NCBI GenBank assembly: GCA_051453625.1
Contig: JBOZIK010000001.1
Span: 4,052,123 to 4,116,122 of the forward strand
From: Welwitschia mirabilis
Taxonomy: Eukaryota
Direction of reading: 5' to 3'
DNA length: 64,000 nucleotides
Shown here: piece after piece, positions 1-12,149 of the stretch
How positions within the stretch are numbered: position 1 is the first letter of the stretch
How the letters are laid out: each line of letters starts with the position of its first letter
Translations under genes and position numbers: made by a program
Notes under the pieces: model-generated
Seen by the model: only the letters and a program-made list of their open reading frames with translations
Database searches by the model: none
What the model was told of the DNA's origin: nothing

Positions 1-1130
1 TTTGGGAGAGGCATGTGGAGGTGGCATTGGAGACATGTGATGATAACACTAGTTTGTAAAGGAATTTGGATCTAAAGGCCATATATTGGACTCTTCATGA
101 TGAAGACTTCATCAAATACCACATGAAAATCTTCACCAAATGATATAAGACAACCTTCACCAAATGCTCAATGATGGAATATTCTACCTAATGCTAGAGG
201 ATAGAATCTTATTTACTTAATACTATAAGACATAACCTTTTACCTAGTGATAAATGATAAAGATTCTACATAATGCTATGAGTCAAGAGCTTGTAACCAT
301 CACTCGCCTCCATCTCTTCCTATAAAAGGGCCTTGAATCCTTAATGATATTTATTTTCTAGTTGAATTACTGTGGGAAAGACATGGAGGCTAGGACATCA
401 TGGTATTCTAAAACTCTTTCTTAGGGGTGGAATGATCCATGACTAGTTGAGAAGTTCTTCTTCTTTTCTCCTCCATTGATGTAATGTATATTTATTTTAA
501 GTTTAATATAAGAATTGATTTAAGACCTTCTATTTATAATGCTTAAATTTTCATTGGTACTAGCAATGTTTAGGTAGGACTAATTCTTAAAGTAAGTTTT
601 ATTATTTCATTATTAATGCATAGTAAAATGGTATTAGCAATCTTTAGGTAAAGATTATTTAATTGTCAAGATATTTTCAACCATGTGAGTTAATTAATGT
701 AATTTTATGATTTATAGTTCCTATTATTTAATGAATCTTATGCACTTAGGTTCATACTTTCTATGCTTATAAAGAACTCTGAAGTATCAACAGATCTTAT
801 AACTCACTAACATTCATGTAGTGGATGTGATTATGCATTCACACTGAGCCTTAATTAATTGATGATTGTAAGTGTATTTCAGGATACTAGAATCCTTAGA
901 GCAAAGGAGGAGAGTTAGATGAATTACTAGATTGAAGCACTTTTATTCTCTTTCATTGCTGATTCAAGATTACTTTCTTTCTCTTAACTTCTAGTTTTTT
1001 CCTTTTTGTTGAGTTTTTTATTGCAAGTTAGAATAATTTTTTTTTGATTAATTTACCTCCTATGTCTATGTAAAAGAATATACTAAGTGTTATACTTAGT
1101 TTAAATCTAGACATTGTACTGTAATTAATA
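1..1130 (+). repeat. 5' LTR of element A (partial)
   Basis: Direct repeat of about 5030-6142. Ends gtaattaata (CA decayed to TA) just before the PBS. Contains short subrepeats cttcaccaaatg at about 110-170. Confidence 0.85.
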
Positions 1131-1135
1131 GATTT

Positions 1136-1153
1136 TGATATCATTGCTGGGGA
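1136..1153 (+). promoter_or_regulatory. Primer-binding site complementary to the tRNA-Asp 3' end (decayed)
   Basis: tgatatcattgctgggga vs canonical Athila PBS tggcgccgttgccgggga; every mismatch is C>T or G>A. Confidence 0.8.
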
Positions 1154-2159
1154 TGTATTAGCATAATAGTGTTTTAAGAGTATATGATTGTTTTTCTTGC
1201 AATTTTTAGTTAGTTTTTTATTTTTCTAGTAATGGGTACTAGTTCTCTCTAGTGATACGTGAACTGTCCTTTTTTTTGTGTGTGTTTGTTTATTTTTTTT
1301 TTTAGTGATTAATATTGATTCTTTTCTAGTAAAACCTGAAGTGGTCTAAGTTGTTAAGTTTAATTATTTTCTTAATATCTAAAACTTCATTTTTATATTA
1401 AATATTTTTTAGTTGTAGATCTAATGTCTTTCTTGCAAGTGAAACCAAACCTTAGATTATGAGTTGAAAGTAAAATCAAACCCTAAAGATTTGTGTGTTT
1501 TGTGTGTTTTCTCATTTTTGTAAATTCTTATACATTTTTGAGTTTTATTATTTTTTATTTATATAAAATTTTTAACAAAAACTAGAAATGTTAGATTTAT
1601 TTTATAGGTTGCAAAAATTTAAGTTTTAGATGTCTTTGAGTTTCTGTTAACATTTTTCCTAACCTTGAATTACGAAACCCAAAAAATGTAAATCTTCAAC
1701 CAAAAATTATTGCCTATTTTCTTGAACTTATACCATGACTCAGTACTTGAATTCATTTCAAATAGCTTCCAATCATTAACCTATATATTCTTATAGTTTT
1801 CATAATGATGATCAATTTAAATAAGTTGTAGGAGATTTTATTAGACCAACTAAACTCTAGGGAATTACCTTTAATTTAACTCATATCAACTGCAACCCAT
1901 AGATCCTTTTAATGATGGATAGACCTTTGAAAAGTACCCTTAATCCTCTTCATACATATACTAAAATCCTTATGACTTTAAATTTGAAAATCTCTCTCAT
2001 GAATCTAAAGATTTTAGTTCCACTTCTTTCTTAATCCCTCATGATAATTATCCTTTACCAGTGTATTTACATTCATCATTCTTTAACCTAGATCCTTCAT
2101 TGTCATTCTCATATCCTTCATTATTTGATCACCATTGGTCAACTTCATACAATCAATAA

Positions 2160-2350
2160 ACCTCTACAAATTCTTTGGAAGACACCCTTATGAGATTCAT
2201 GAAATCAAATAAAAGAGTTAAGCAAATGCATTAAAGACTTGAGCAAGTAAGCCAAAGACTTAAACGAGATACCCAACAATTAACCCAAGTTACTACTCAA
2301 ATCTTTAATGCACTAGAAGAAGGAAAATTTTATACATTCCATGAGCCCAC
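2160..2350 (+). pseudogene. gag: Remnant resembling the C-terminal coiled-coil region of an Athila Gag
   Basis: Manual translation SLEDTLMRFMKSNKRVKQMH*RLEQVSQRLKRDTQQLTQVTTQIFNALEEGKFYTFHEP resembles the Athila 'SLEDTL..FM...QL....EEGKxPSQP' segment (recalled, not searched). Confidence 0.45.
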
Positions 2351-4561
2351 AAGCCTAGAAAGCTATGAAGGATTTATTGAAAATAAAATAAACAACATCC
2401 AAATATTATCCCTAATAAATGAAGAAAAAAATCATAAAGAAAGTAAAAATAAAAAAAAAAATCCAAGAGGACTCCTAGTTAAGATGTTACTTAGAGAGTG
2501 AATGGTTGCATGAATATAAACTATACTTTGGAGTAAGATTAAACACTTTAGACAATAATGATTAATTCATAGTATGTGAATAAAAATTTGAGAAAGAAGA
2601 CAAATTTAAATGCTATACAATAGAGGATAAATCAATGAGTAACATGGATAATAGTGGAATTGAACCTATCCTTGAACCTCATCCAATGTTGCTTGCACAA
2701 CCTTATGATAAAGAATCCCTTTACAATCTTAATTAGAAAGCAAACATTAATTAAGAGCCAATTCAAGGTCCATCCTTTGAAAAATCTTTTTTTCAATAAC
2801 CCCTTAATTCAATAATAATATTCTCTTAATTATCTTCTAAGTAAGACTTAAGCCTTGATGATGAATATAAACCCATAACTTTGAAACCATCTTCTGATAC
2901 TTCTTTTGATGATACTTTTCCTTCAATGGTTTTCACTTTACCTTTATCTTCACCTAAAAATGACATCTTGCATGAGTTATTGAGTAAATAAAAATAGGTC
3001 AAGGGTTGAAAAATGTCTGATTTTAAATGAATTAATTTTACTACTAGCATTAATTTTCTTCCTAACTTTTTAGATTCATGTATAAATATCTATAAGGATT
3101 TGATCTCCTCTTCGAATGTGTTGTATAATTTTGACTCATCATTCAAATGTCTCATTTATTATTTGAAGCCTTTACATTTATAATACCTTAGAAAAAACCT
3201 TAAAAAATTCTTCATTTTATTTAATACATTTAGCTTAGTTTTTTTGTTTAAGTATAGCCTTAGAATAAATTTTATCTTGAAAAAGTTAAACTTTGTTAAA
3301 AAATTTTTGGTTGATGCCCTTTCTTATTTAAAACCTTATAAGTACTTTCACTTGTATAATCATCCTATTAAGCATTTTTAAGTAGGAAATCCAAAATACC
3401 ATCTGCTGCACTAAGTGAATCATCATCACCTTCATTTTCACTACCCATTTCTTTCATATTTATTCCACCTTCTTAACTCTATCAACCACCATTACCTTCC
3501 ATTTAGTCATAAGTACATTATATTGGATGACCTTGTTTGATGGTTGTTAGTGAAGAAATCATTAATAACTGATCATACTATTATTTTAAATTATGTAAAA
3601 TTTAAGTTTACTTGTAATTTTTTGAGAAAATGTTTTGCCTATTTTCAAGTTAACTTATTAAGGTTCAGTTTCACTTAAGATCTCCTAATTGGAAAGTATG
3701 ATTAAAGTAAGGTGGAATCTACTTTCATGCTAAATAAATTATTTTCATTGCATTTTATGGGGAAAAGAATTGTCTTGATTAGGCTAATAAGGCAATGACC
3801 CAACCCCTTATGTGCATAAAAATGTATTGAATATGAGAAGGATGATTAAAAAGAAAATAAAATATCTCCCCTCCAAAAGAAAATTATTTTATAATTAACT
3901 AAAATCGGGTTTAATTAACTACAGTGGAGCTATGGAAACTCATAGACAGTGCAATCCTAATGATTTAACTTATGACATGTTCAACTACAATGGGGCTATA
4001 AATGCTTGTTGGAAATGGTGCATTAACTACTTTATAAATCAACATGTTTAACTCTGTTGGAAGAAGATGTCATAACACTTAATGCCTAATTATATTAAAA
4101 TACTTAAAAAAAGGCACAAAGCATGATTATAGAAAAGGTAAATTGGAATGAAAAAGGTGGAATTAGGAGATGCTTTTTGTGATTAATTTTTCTTAACTTA
4201 TCTACTTGAGAATTCGTTTAACTAATTTTTGATGACTTACAAATTTACTTAGAGGATATCCTATTTGTTTAATAATGTGGAATATTAAAATTAAAATAAA
4301 AGGCACAAAAGTTTCAATAAACATGATTATTAACTTAGGTATTCTATCTTTTGAATTTGTATATGATGGATTTTTCATTAAGTTTTACATTTTATATTCT
4401 CCAAAAATTGCATTCTAGTTTAAACCTTGTGTTTCATTATTTTCCCTAAATAAATTCATCATCATCATTTGATAGCCATTTAATTAACTTATTCTCTAAA
4501 GCCTTGCATAAATTTTTCATCTTTGTAACTTTAAGGATAAAGTTTAATTTTGGTTAGGGAG

Positions 4562-6142
4562 TACAACATCTACTTTTATAGAATTTTTTTTGATTTTGAT
4601 TATTAATTATTAAAAATTGATTAAGAATTTTCACAAATTTCATATCATTTCCTTACTTTCCATTCTAACTTAGTCAATTTCTCCATGCTTCACCATTTCT
4701 TTAACACCTTTTTACTAAGGTTCTAGTAANNNNNNNNNNTCTAGTAAAATACTAGTTAGGATGTGTGTTTTTAGGCTAAAATTGACATTTTAAGCAAGTA
4801 TAATTGATTAATTTAGCATAAGAAAAGATACTTAATTTATTGATTTATTATAAAATGATGTTTTCTATTGTTTTTAAAATAAAATTTAATATTATGTTTT
4901 TCTCCATATTAATTGTAAGTCTTTGGCCATTTTTTGGAATACATAGTAGAAGATCGACATAATTTCACATAAAACAATGATGCTAATGGAGATATAAGTT
5001 GGTGAGACATAGAAAAAGCATTTGAAGACATATGGCAAAGGCATGTAAAGGTAGCATTAGGGAGATGTGGTGGTAGCACGAGTTGGTAGAGAAATCTAGC
5101 TCTAAAGACTACATGTTGGATTCATCATGATGAAAATTCCACCAAAAACTATACTATGATCTTTACCAAATGCTACAAGACAACCTTCACCAAATACTAA
5201 ATGATAAAAGATTATATCTAATGCTAGAGGACATAATCTTATTCACCTAATTCTATAAGACAACCTTCACCAAATGCTACAAGATATAATGTTATGCCTA
5301 ATGCTAAATGATAAAGATTNNNNNNNNNNTAAACGAGCCTTAAACCCTTCATTATATTAATATTTTGGTTGACTTATCATGGGAAAGACTTGGAGGCTAG
5401 GATGTGATAGTGCTTTAACACCCTTTTTTAGGGTTGGAATGATACATGGCTAGTTGAGGAGTTCTTCTTCTTCTCCTTCTTCATTGTTGTAATATATATT
5501 TCTTTCAAGTTCAATACAAGAATTGGTTTAAGCTCTTTTATTAGTAATACACAATTCTCATTTGTATTAACAATGTTTAGGTAGGACTAGTTCTTAAAGT
5601 ATGTTTTATTCTTTCATTGTTAATGCATAATAAAATGGTATTATCAATCTTTAGGTAAAGCTTATTTAATTATCAAGTTCTTTCAAACTATGTAAGTTAA
5701 TTAATGTACTTTAATGATCTATAGTTCCTATTATTTGAAAGATGTTATGTATTTAGATTCGTACTTTTTGGTGCTTATAAAGGCTATGAAGTATCGTGAG
5801 AACTTGATAACTCATCAACATTCATGTGGTGGAGGAGATTATGCCTCCACACCAAACCCTTAATGACCTAACGATTGTAAGTGTGTTTTAGGATACAAGA
5901 ATATTTGGAGTAAAGGAGGAGAGTTAGATAAATTACTAGATCTTTGGAGCATTTTTATTCCCTTGCACTGATTATTGAAGATAACTTTATTTATCTCAAT
6001 TTCTGCTTTTCTTTTGTTAAGTTTTTCATTGTAAGTTAGAATAATTATGTTTTTTTTGATTAGTTTATCTCCTACGTCCTATGAAAGAATGATACTAAGT
6101 ATTATACTTAGTTTAAGTCCAGAAACTATACTATAATTAACA
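4562..6142 (+). repeat. 3' LTR of element A (about 1.6 kb, two 11-N gaps)
   Basis: Preceded by PPT-like tggttagggag (4551-4561). Ends ctataattaaca at 6142. Homologous to 1-1130. Start position approximate. Confidence 0.8.
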
Positions 6143-8142
6143 ATCTACTTAAATGAAATTTTCTAAGTATGGCTATATTAGCTACTTCCATTTCATTTTT
6201 TCTTTTAATGATTCAAGTACTTTGGCTAAAGCCCTAGTATCTCTCAGTACTTAATAGTTTCTATAGCTAGTTGTGGTTTATGTCTACTTTGCATTTTTTA
6301 TTACTTCTTAGATGAAGAAGAAGATAAAAGTGGAAGAAGAACATGGAGAATCATCCTCCATGGTGAGGAGGCTAAGATAAAGTAAAAGACTATCTTGTAC
6401 ATTGTAGAATTAAACATGAGATTATATTATGTGATTATGATTATTGTATTGAGGTTTTAGAAAAATATTAGAACTTGAAACAGTTAGTGACTATGCTTTC
6501 CTATAATACTAGAAGCACTTAAATGAAGGATTTAGTTGTGCCTAGAATCTCCAAGTAGGGCATCTAAAACTTAGAACCTACTACCTTCTAAGTGGAGGAT
6601 AATTGCCCATTAGTTAGATTACTATCCCATTAGTTATAAAGAGGTTCCATGAAGTCTAAATCAATTATATTGAGTCTCTTAAAATATGAAATAGGTTCAT
6701 GATGTAATCAATATATTTTCTTATATCATAACATATAACCAATTAAATTAAATGAGTAGCTCTCAAAATATAAATTAGATTTATGATATAGTCAACATAT
6801 GTTTTAATATCATAATATACATTTATCTAATTATTAGTTCAAGAATAAATTAATGTCATACAACGAATAGCTTGTTTGATTATCATTCTGTCACACAATT
6901 CAAGGTGTTGTATCAAAGCTAATTAATGTTATGGATTAACATGAATACGTCATTATAGTAAATATTATATTTTCAAATTTGAAGTCATTCATGACCTATC
7001 TATTTTACACAAAACCTATAATTAGGGAGGGTTAACAAAAATGATTTTTAAAATTTTCAAAAGTGCATTATCAAGTTTGAAAGTTAACTATAATAGGTAT
7101 AAGAGCTTTACACATGAAATAAGGTTAATAATGTAAAATTCCAAAGGTATAAAAAGATTATCAAAAATAAATTAGAGAAAATGTAAAAAAAAATTTAAAA
7201 ATGTAAACATAAGCTATAAAAGAAAATAAGAAACTTATGTTAAGAGGAATTAATACATAATTAAAAATTAAATTAAAAATAAAGAATAATATCCATCTTA
7301 ATGGAGAAGGATTGAAAACTTCAAAAAAAAATGGAACAATAAAGTTTTGAATTGAGAGGAGAGGTAGAAAGAATCACAAAATATCCTTAAAAAATAGATG
7401 AAAAAACATGCAACGTTTGGTGTTATATTCCATAAGAAACGTATTATAATTTCTTATTTCATTACTTCTAATCTTGTCTGTACTCTTGCCTCTAAATTTG
7501 AGACTACTTCTACATTTAAAATTGATTCCACTCACAAATAATTAAACTACAAAAATATTTATCTAAAATCTTTGTCAATTCTAATATCTAAAAGAATACA
7601 TAATTTAACATTACCGATTCTCTTATTTTGATTTATTTATTTGTTTATTTTGGAATTTCCATTCGTACTTTAAATGATAATTGTACATGACCTTAGTTCT
7701 TAAGATTAGTTAGTATTATGAATGAATATATTCTTCTATAATTAAGAATAAATAGCAAAATAACACAAGTGATAAACTTAATATTGTGGAGAAAAAGTTT
7801 TATAATACTAACATAAGTATTTTGAATAAAAAATAATTAGAAAATTAAATGCACAATTACATTTATAACATGAAAGCAAAACATCTGATCATTGATTTAA
7901 AGAAGTTTTCCTAATAAGATAAAACAATCATTCATCTTGATAATATAAATGAGTGAAACTGTCAAGATGAAATAAGTTTCACCTCATATTCATATACCAT
8001 AAGAGAATTTAGAAAGTGTCCTACATAAGGTGAAAATATTAATAAGAAATTCATTAAGAAATAATAAAATGAGAGTCATAAAAGACATTTAATATAAATG
8101 GATGTGGTCATACCCAAACGTCATTTTATTAGTTATGTTCAA

Positions 8143-8305
8143 GATAGATTGCCATAATGGTTAAGTCTTGGATACACTAAATCTAAGGTCTTTAGTTCAA
8201 ACCTTTGCATTAGTGGGAGCACATAGTTTGAAAAATTGTAGGCCTAAGTGCCACTAGGCATTTATATGGTACATACCTATTTACTAGCCATTACTCTAAA
8301 AAAAA
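8143..8305 (+). mobile_element. Candidate decayed tRNA-derived SINE
   Basis: A-box-like ttgccataatggtt (about 8149-8162), B-box-like agttcaaacc (8194-8203, cf. GGTTCGAACC) at tRNA-like spacing, about 95 bp GC-richer body, then an A8 tail at 8298-8305. Confidence 0.5.
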
Positions 8306-9003
8306 GATTATTAAATATTTATATAAATAAAAGAAAGGATTACAAAATTATTTTTATTTAAATATATTAAAAAACTTAAAAAATCTTATTCCTTATGAAA
8401 TCCATTATCTGAGAATAGTCTTTAGAAGAATAACATAAAACATAACAAAACCTATGCTCTATTTGAAATAACATTTAGATTTTGATATTAACTTTTAAAA
8501 GGATATAAAACTTCAAATATTTTCTTAAATAAATTACTTTGGAATTTTTAAGGATTTTTTTATAGGAATGTAATTTCTCAATTTCATATCTTGGGTAGTT
8601 ATTGATGTGAATATTCATATATAACTATTAAAAAATTTTTAAAATCTTATAAACTTTAGTTAACAAGATTAGAATTCTAACATTAACTATGAAGATTATC
8701 TAGTTGTGAAAGTGATATTCATAATTGTAAAGAGTTAATGATAAGGGTAAACCCTAATAAGAAAACTGTTATCTTAGATGTATAAATAAAAGTTCATATC
8801 ATAATGTCAAGATTATTGTTAATATTGCTATTATATCCTTATGCTATTAAAATAAATATTATTATTCATGTTATTTCTATTTTATGAAATCTTTTCCATT
8901 TTTTATTTCCCTTGGTTTTATCTTTGCCAATTTACCTTACACATTAATTTTTATAAAATACTATTCTATCTTAGTTTGGTGCTAACTTTAGCCTCAATAG
9001 AAG

Positions 9004-9560
9004 GTTGAGAACATATAGAAAAATTTTGTATATTTATGGTAGCTAATGTTTAGTTCAAGTATAGTCGTTTGTTTGAAGGATCTTAACTTCAAACATCAAT
9101 ACTTCTAAGAGAACAATTGAAAGAATTGAAAAATAAAGGAGAATGAACATCAAATCAAGAATGATAAAAAATGAAGTTTTTGTTGCCTTAGAAAGTGAAA
9201 ACTCATAGTTGCAAATTTAATGTATCATACATCAAATTTCATACATTGAATGTCAAACATTAAATGCATTGAAAACTCATGCATTAAATATATTAAAAAC
9301 CTAGATACATTAAATGCTTGTGCATTCATAATCTAGGAATTTCATGTTTATAGAGTTTAGACATCTAGATGTTAAACATCTATAAAACTTAAGACTAAAT
9401 CCTTGAACATATTATCCTTGAATGTTTATAGTTAAGTTTGAATCCCATGTAGAGGTTGGACTTCCAAGAGAAGGTAAGATACCAAAAATAAAACATTTTT
9501 TGAGAAAGGATTCATTTTATCTTATAGGATAATCTTTAAAGCTTTCTTATAAAGGATTAA
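9004..9560 (+). mobile_element. Possible Copia/Sirevirus-type LTR (U3) fragment
   Basis: Cluster of short decayed palindromes (acattgaatg, acattaaatg x2, acatctagatgt, aacatctat) at 9240-9390, similar in style to the repeated-motif cluster in the LTR at 17561. No PBS or partner LTR found. Confidence 0.3.
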
Positions 9561-12149
9561 GCTCATTAATATTATCTAAAATTATTTTTATTATATTTTT
9601 TTATATGTTTTATTTTAAGTTTATAATATCAAATAAGTAAAAAAATTCATAGTTAAGCATGCTTATTCCTAAACACTATTGATATGAATAACCTATTCTG
9701 ACTTTTCTAGTAAATTTTTTATGTGTTAGATTTTGTAACTTCTTTCCCCTATCTTATTTAGCATTATATCTATTGGATAATTTGAACTCATTATTTAGAA
9801 TGCACTAGTTATAAATTACTAATAAGTGGTTATAGAAGGTGTAAAAATCCCATTATAATATAGTTGTAATGCTTAGGATTGGTAAAGATGCTATTATAGA
9901 CACTAAATATATTACTCAATTTTAAGATAAATGTTATTTTAATTTTGAATTACGAGTCTAATTAGTATGCATGGTAAAATAAAATTACCTTAGAAACCAA
10001 AGCTAATAAAATTTTTAAATATTCTTTGAAAGGAAACATTTAGTCATAATTAACGTTAGGTCTTGATGCTATTAGAAAATAAAAACCAAGTGATGAAATT
10101 TTATCTTCTTAAACTTTATAATTACAAGAATATAATGATTAGATGGTACAAAAGTATACACTTATCAAAAATATTATGAGATGATTTGAGGGAATGATCA
10201 ATAAAAAATTAGATATGGTTCTCAACTATATTTTAAATAAGATGAATAATACTTTCATGATAATGGATAAGGCATTAAAGATGATTAAAGAGTTTAAACA
10301 TATTAATACATTCTAAGTAAGAATGATTGCTATAATATTAAAATATTTCTTATTAATAATGAATGAGAATATACCTTAAAAGTGTTTAAATAATAACTAA
10401 AATTTAAGTATGTACATTACTAAGTAGTAGTTCTAGGAATGTTATAATAGAATGACTTTTAGAGTAAATGAATTATTTTTAATGGATTATTTTAGACTTC
10501 AAAGGATTTCAAACTATATGAGTTAATTACTTATGAAATCTACATGTGAAGGAAGTTAAAAGAGAAATTGTTATAATTATATATATCTTTTAGTACTTAC
10601 ATTGTATAGAATAGCCCATTAGCATACAGGCAATATATGATGAAGAAAATATTCTTTTTTAATCATTATTAAAAAAATTTTAGAATTCATTTCTTTTACA
10701 TTTAGTTGATCTAGCGATTTAGAAAAAATAAAACCATTTAAAATAAGTTAATCCTAAAAACCAATAGGGAAAAAAAAAACACCATCTCACTAGACTACAT
10801 CATTATCTATATGATAAACAACTTGATGTTCCCCTAAGAAAGGGGAAAAAGAGAAAATTATAACATGTATGATATGAAATTTAGAAATATTTTTATTCTT
10901 ATTTTTATATCCTTATTTCAAAATGATACCCTTTTTTTGGTGTAACTTCTATTGTAATATGAAAAAATGAGTAGCATAAGACAAAATAAGATTACTTATT
11001 AATTTGTTAGAAGTATGTATTAAATAAGTGTATAGGACATAGTGATAAATTAAGGAATACAAGGGAGAGACATGACATTGCATAATGAGTTTTTAATACT
11101 ATTAAATAATTTAATCTAAAGTATTACTTAAAAAACATTAATGTACAATAAAGGAAAGAAACATGAGTATAATTAACCTACTTATTTACTATCAAGTTAA
11201 ACATTTTAAAATCTTATATGAAAATAAATAAAATAAGAAGATGTAAGTTACTATACATACAATATCAATTTGTGTTAATCATTCAAAAGGAATTAGAAAT
11301 CTGCTTGCTATTATCTTAGCCTAGAAAATTTAGAAGAAATAGCAAGATAATTTTAAGAGTAAATCATGAAATTAAAAAGTGAACTATGAAGAATGTAGAA
11401 GCTCATTGAGAAATCAAAATAAATGATGAAAAAACCATAAGTATTAAAAAGTAATTAATCAAACATTATATAGGAATGAAAAATAATTCCTATAAGAGAA
11501 GCATAATATGTTGAAAGCAATGATTATTTTAAACATGTAAGTTTCTAAACATAAAAGGAAAGTAAAAAAATAGGAGAAGTTTATAAATAAATAATATTAA
11601 AAATTGTAAAGATAAAACCGTGATATCAAGGTAGAAACAGATGATAAGTTACTAATAGTCAATAATGTCAGTATTTGAAATCAAATGTGCATGAATCACT
11701 AGTAAGATTTTTCTCAAGATAAAATTTTATTTCTTCATCTTACTTATTACAATAAATAGCTTTCTTTTAAAGAAAAGCATAACATTAGGGGTTTATTAGG
11801 GTCTATACATGCACTTAGGTGTATGACCATAGTATGCATACAAGCCTTAGCAATTGCCCTTTAACATTTTCAAGGGAAAACCATAATTTCTAGAGGGAAA
11901 CTTTAGAAATGAAGCCCATAATAAAACCTACTTAAAGGAGTTGAGCTGTGAGAAAACTAATTCATTAAATAAGTAGTTAATTTACTACTAAACATTACAT
12001 AGAAGATAAGATTAAATGTACTACACATCCCATAGTGATAGGCATAAATGATAGTACACATTTCATATTACTAGGATTAAGAGTAACTTTGAATAGAGAC
12101 TTAGAAATCATTTGAATCTCATAATTTACAAGATAAAAATAAATTTAAA

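Larger units (their letters stand above)
1..6142 (+). mobile_element. Element A: non-autonomous Athila-like (Ty3/Gypsy) LTR retrotransposon, 5' end outside window, about 3.4 kb internal region with no recognisable pol
   Basis: 1-1130 aligns colinearly with about 5030-6142 (e.g. gcatgtggaggtggcattgg vs gcatgtaaaggtagcattag; both end ...taattaa[c/t]a). A tRNA-Asp PBS follows the first copy and a purine tract precedes the second. No RT, RNase H or integrase motifs were seen internally. Confidence 0.85.

Noticed and set aside
1136-1153. tRNA gene
   Set aside because: Only 18 nt complementary to a tRNA 3' end next to an LTR, so it is a PBS; no cloverleaf.
6143-9000. Host gene exons or a DNA transposon
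   Set aside because: No recognisable protein motif, terminal inverted repeats or supported splice pattern; left unannotated apart from the SINE candidate.
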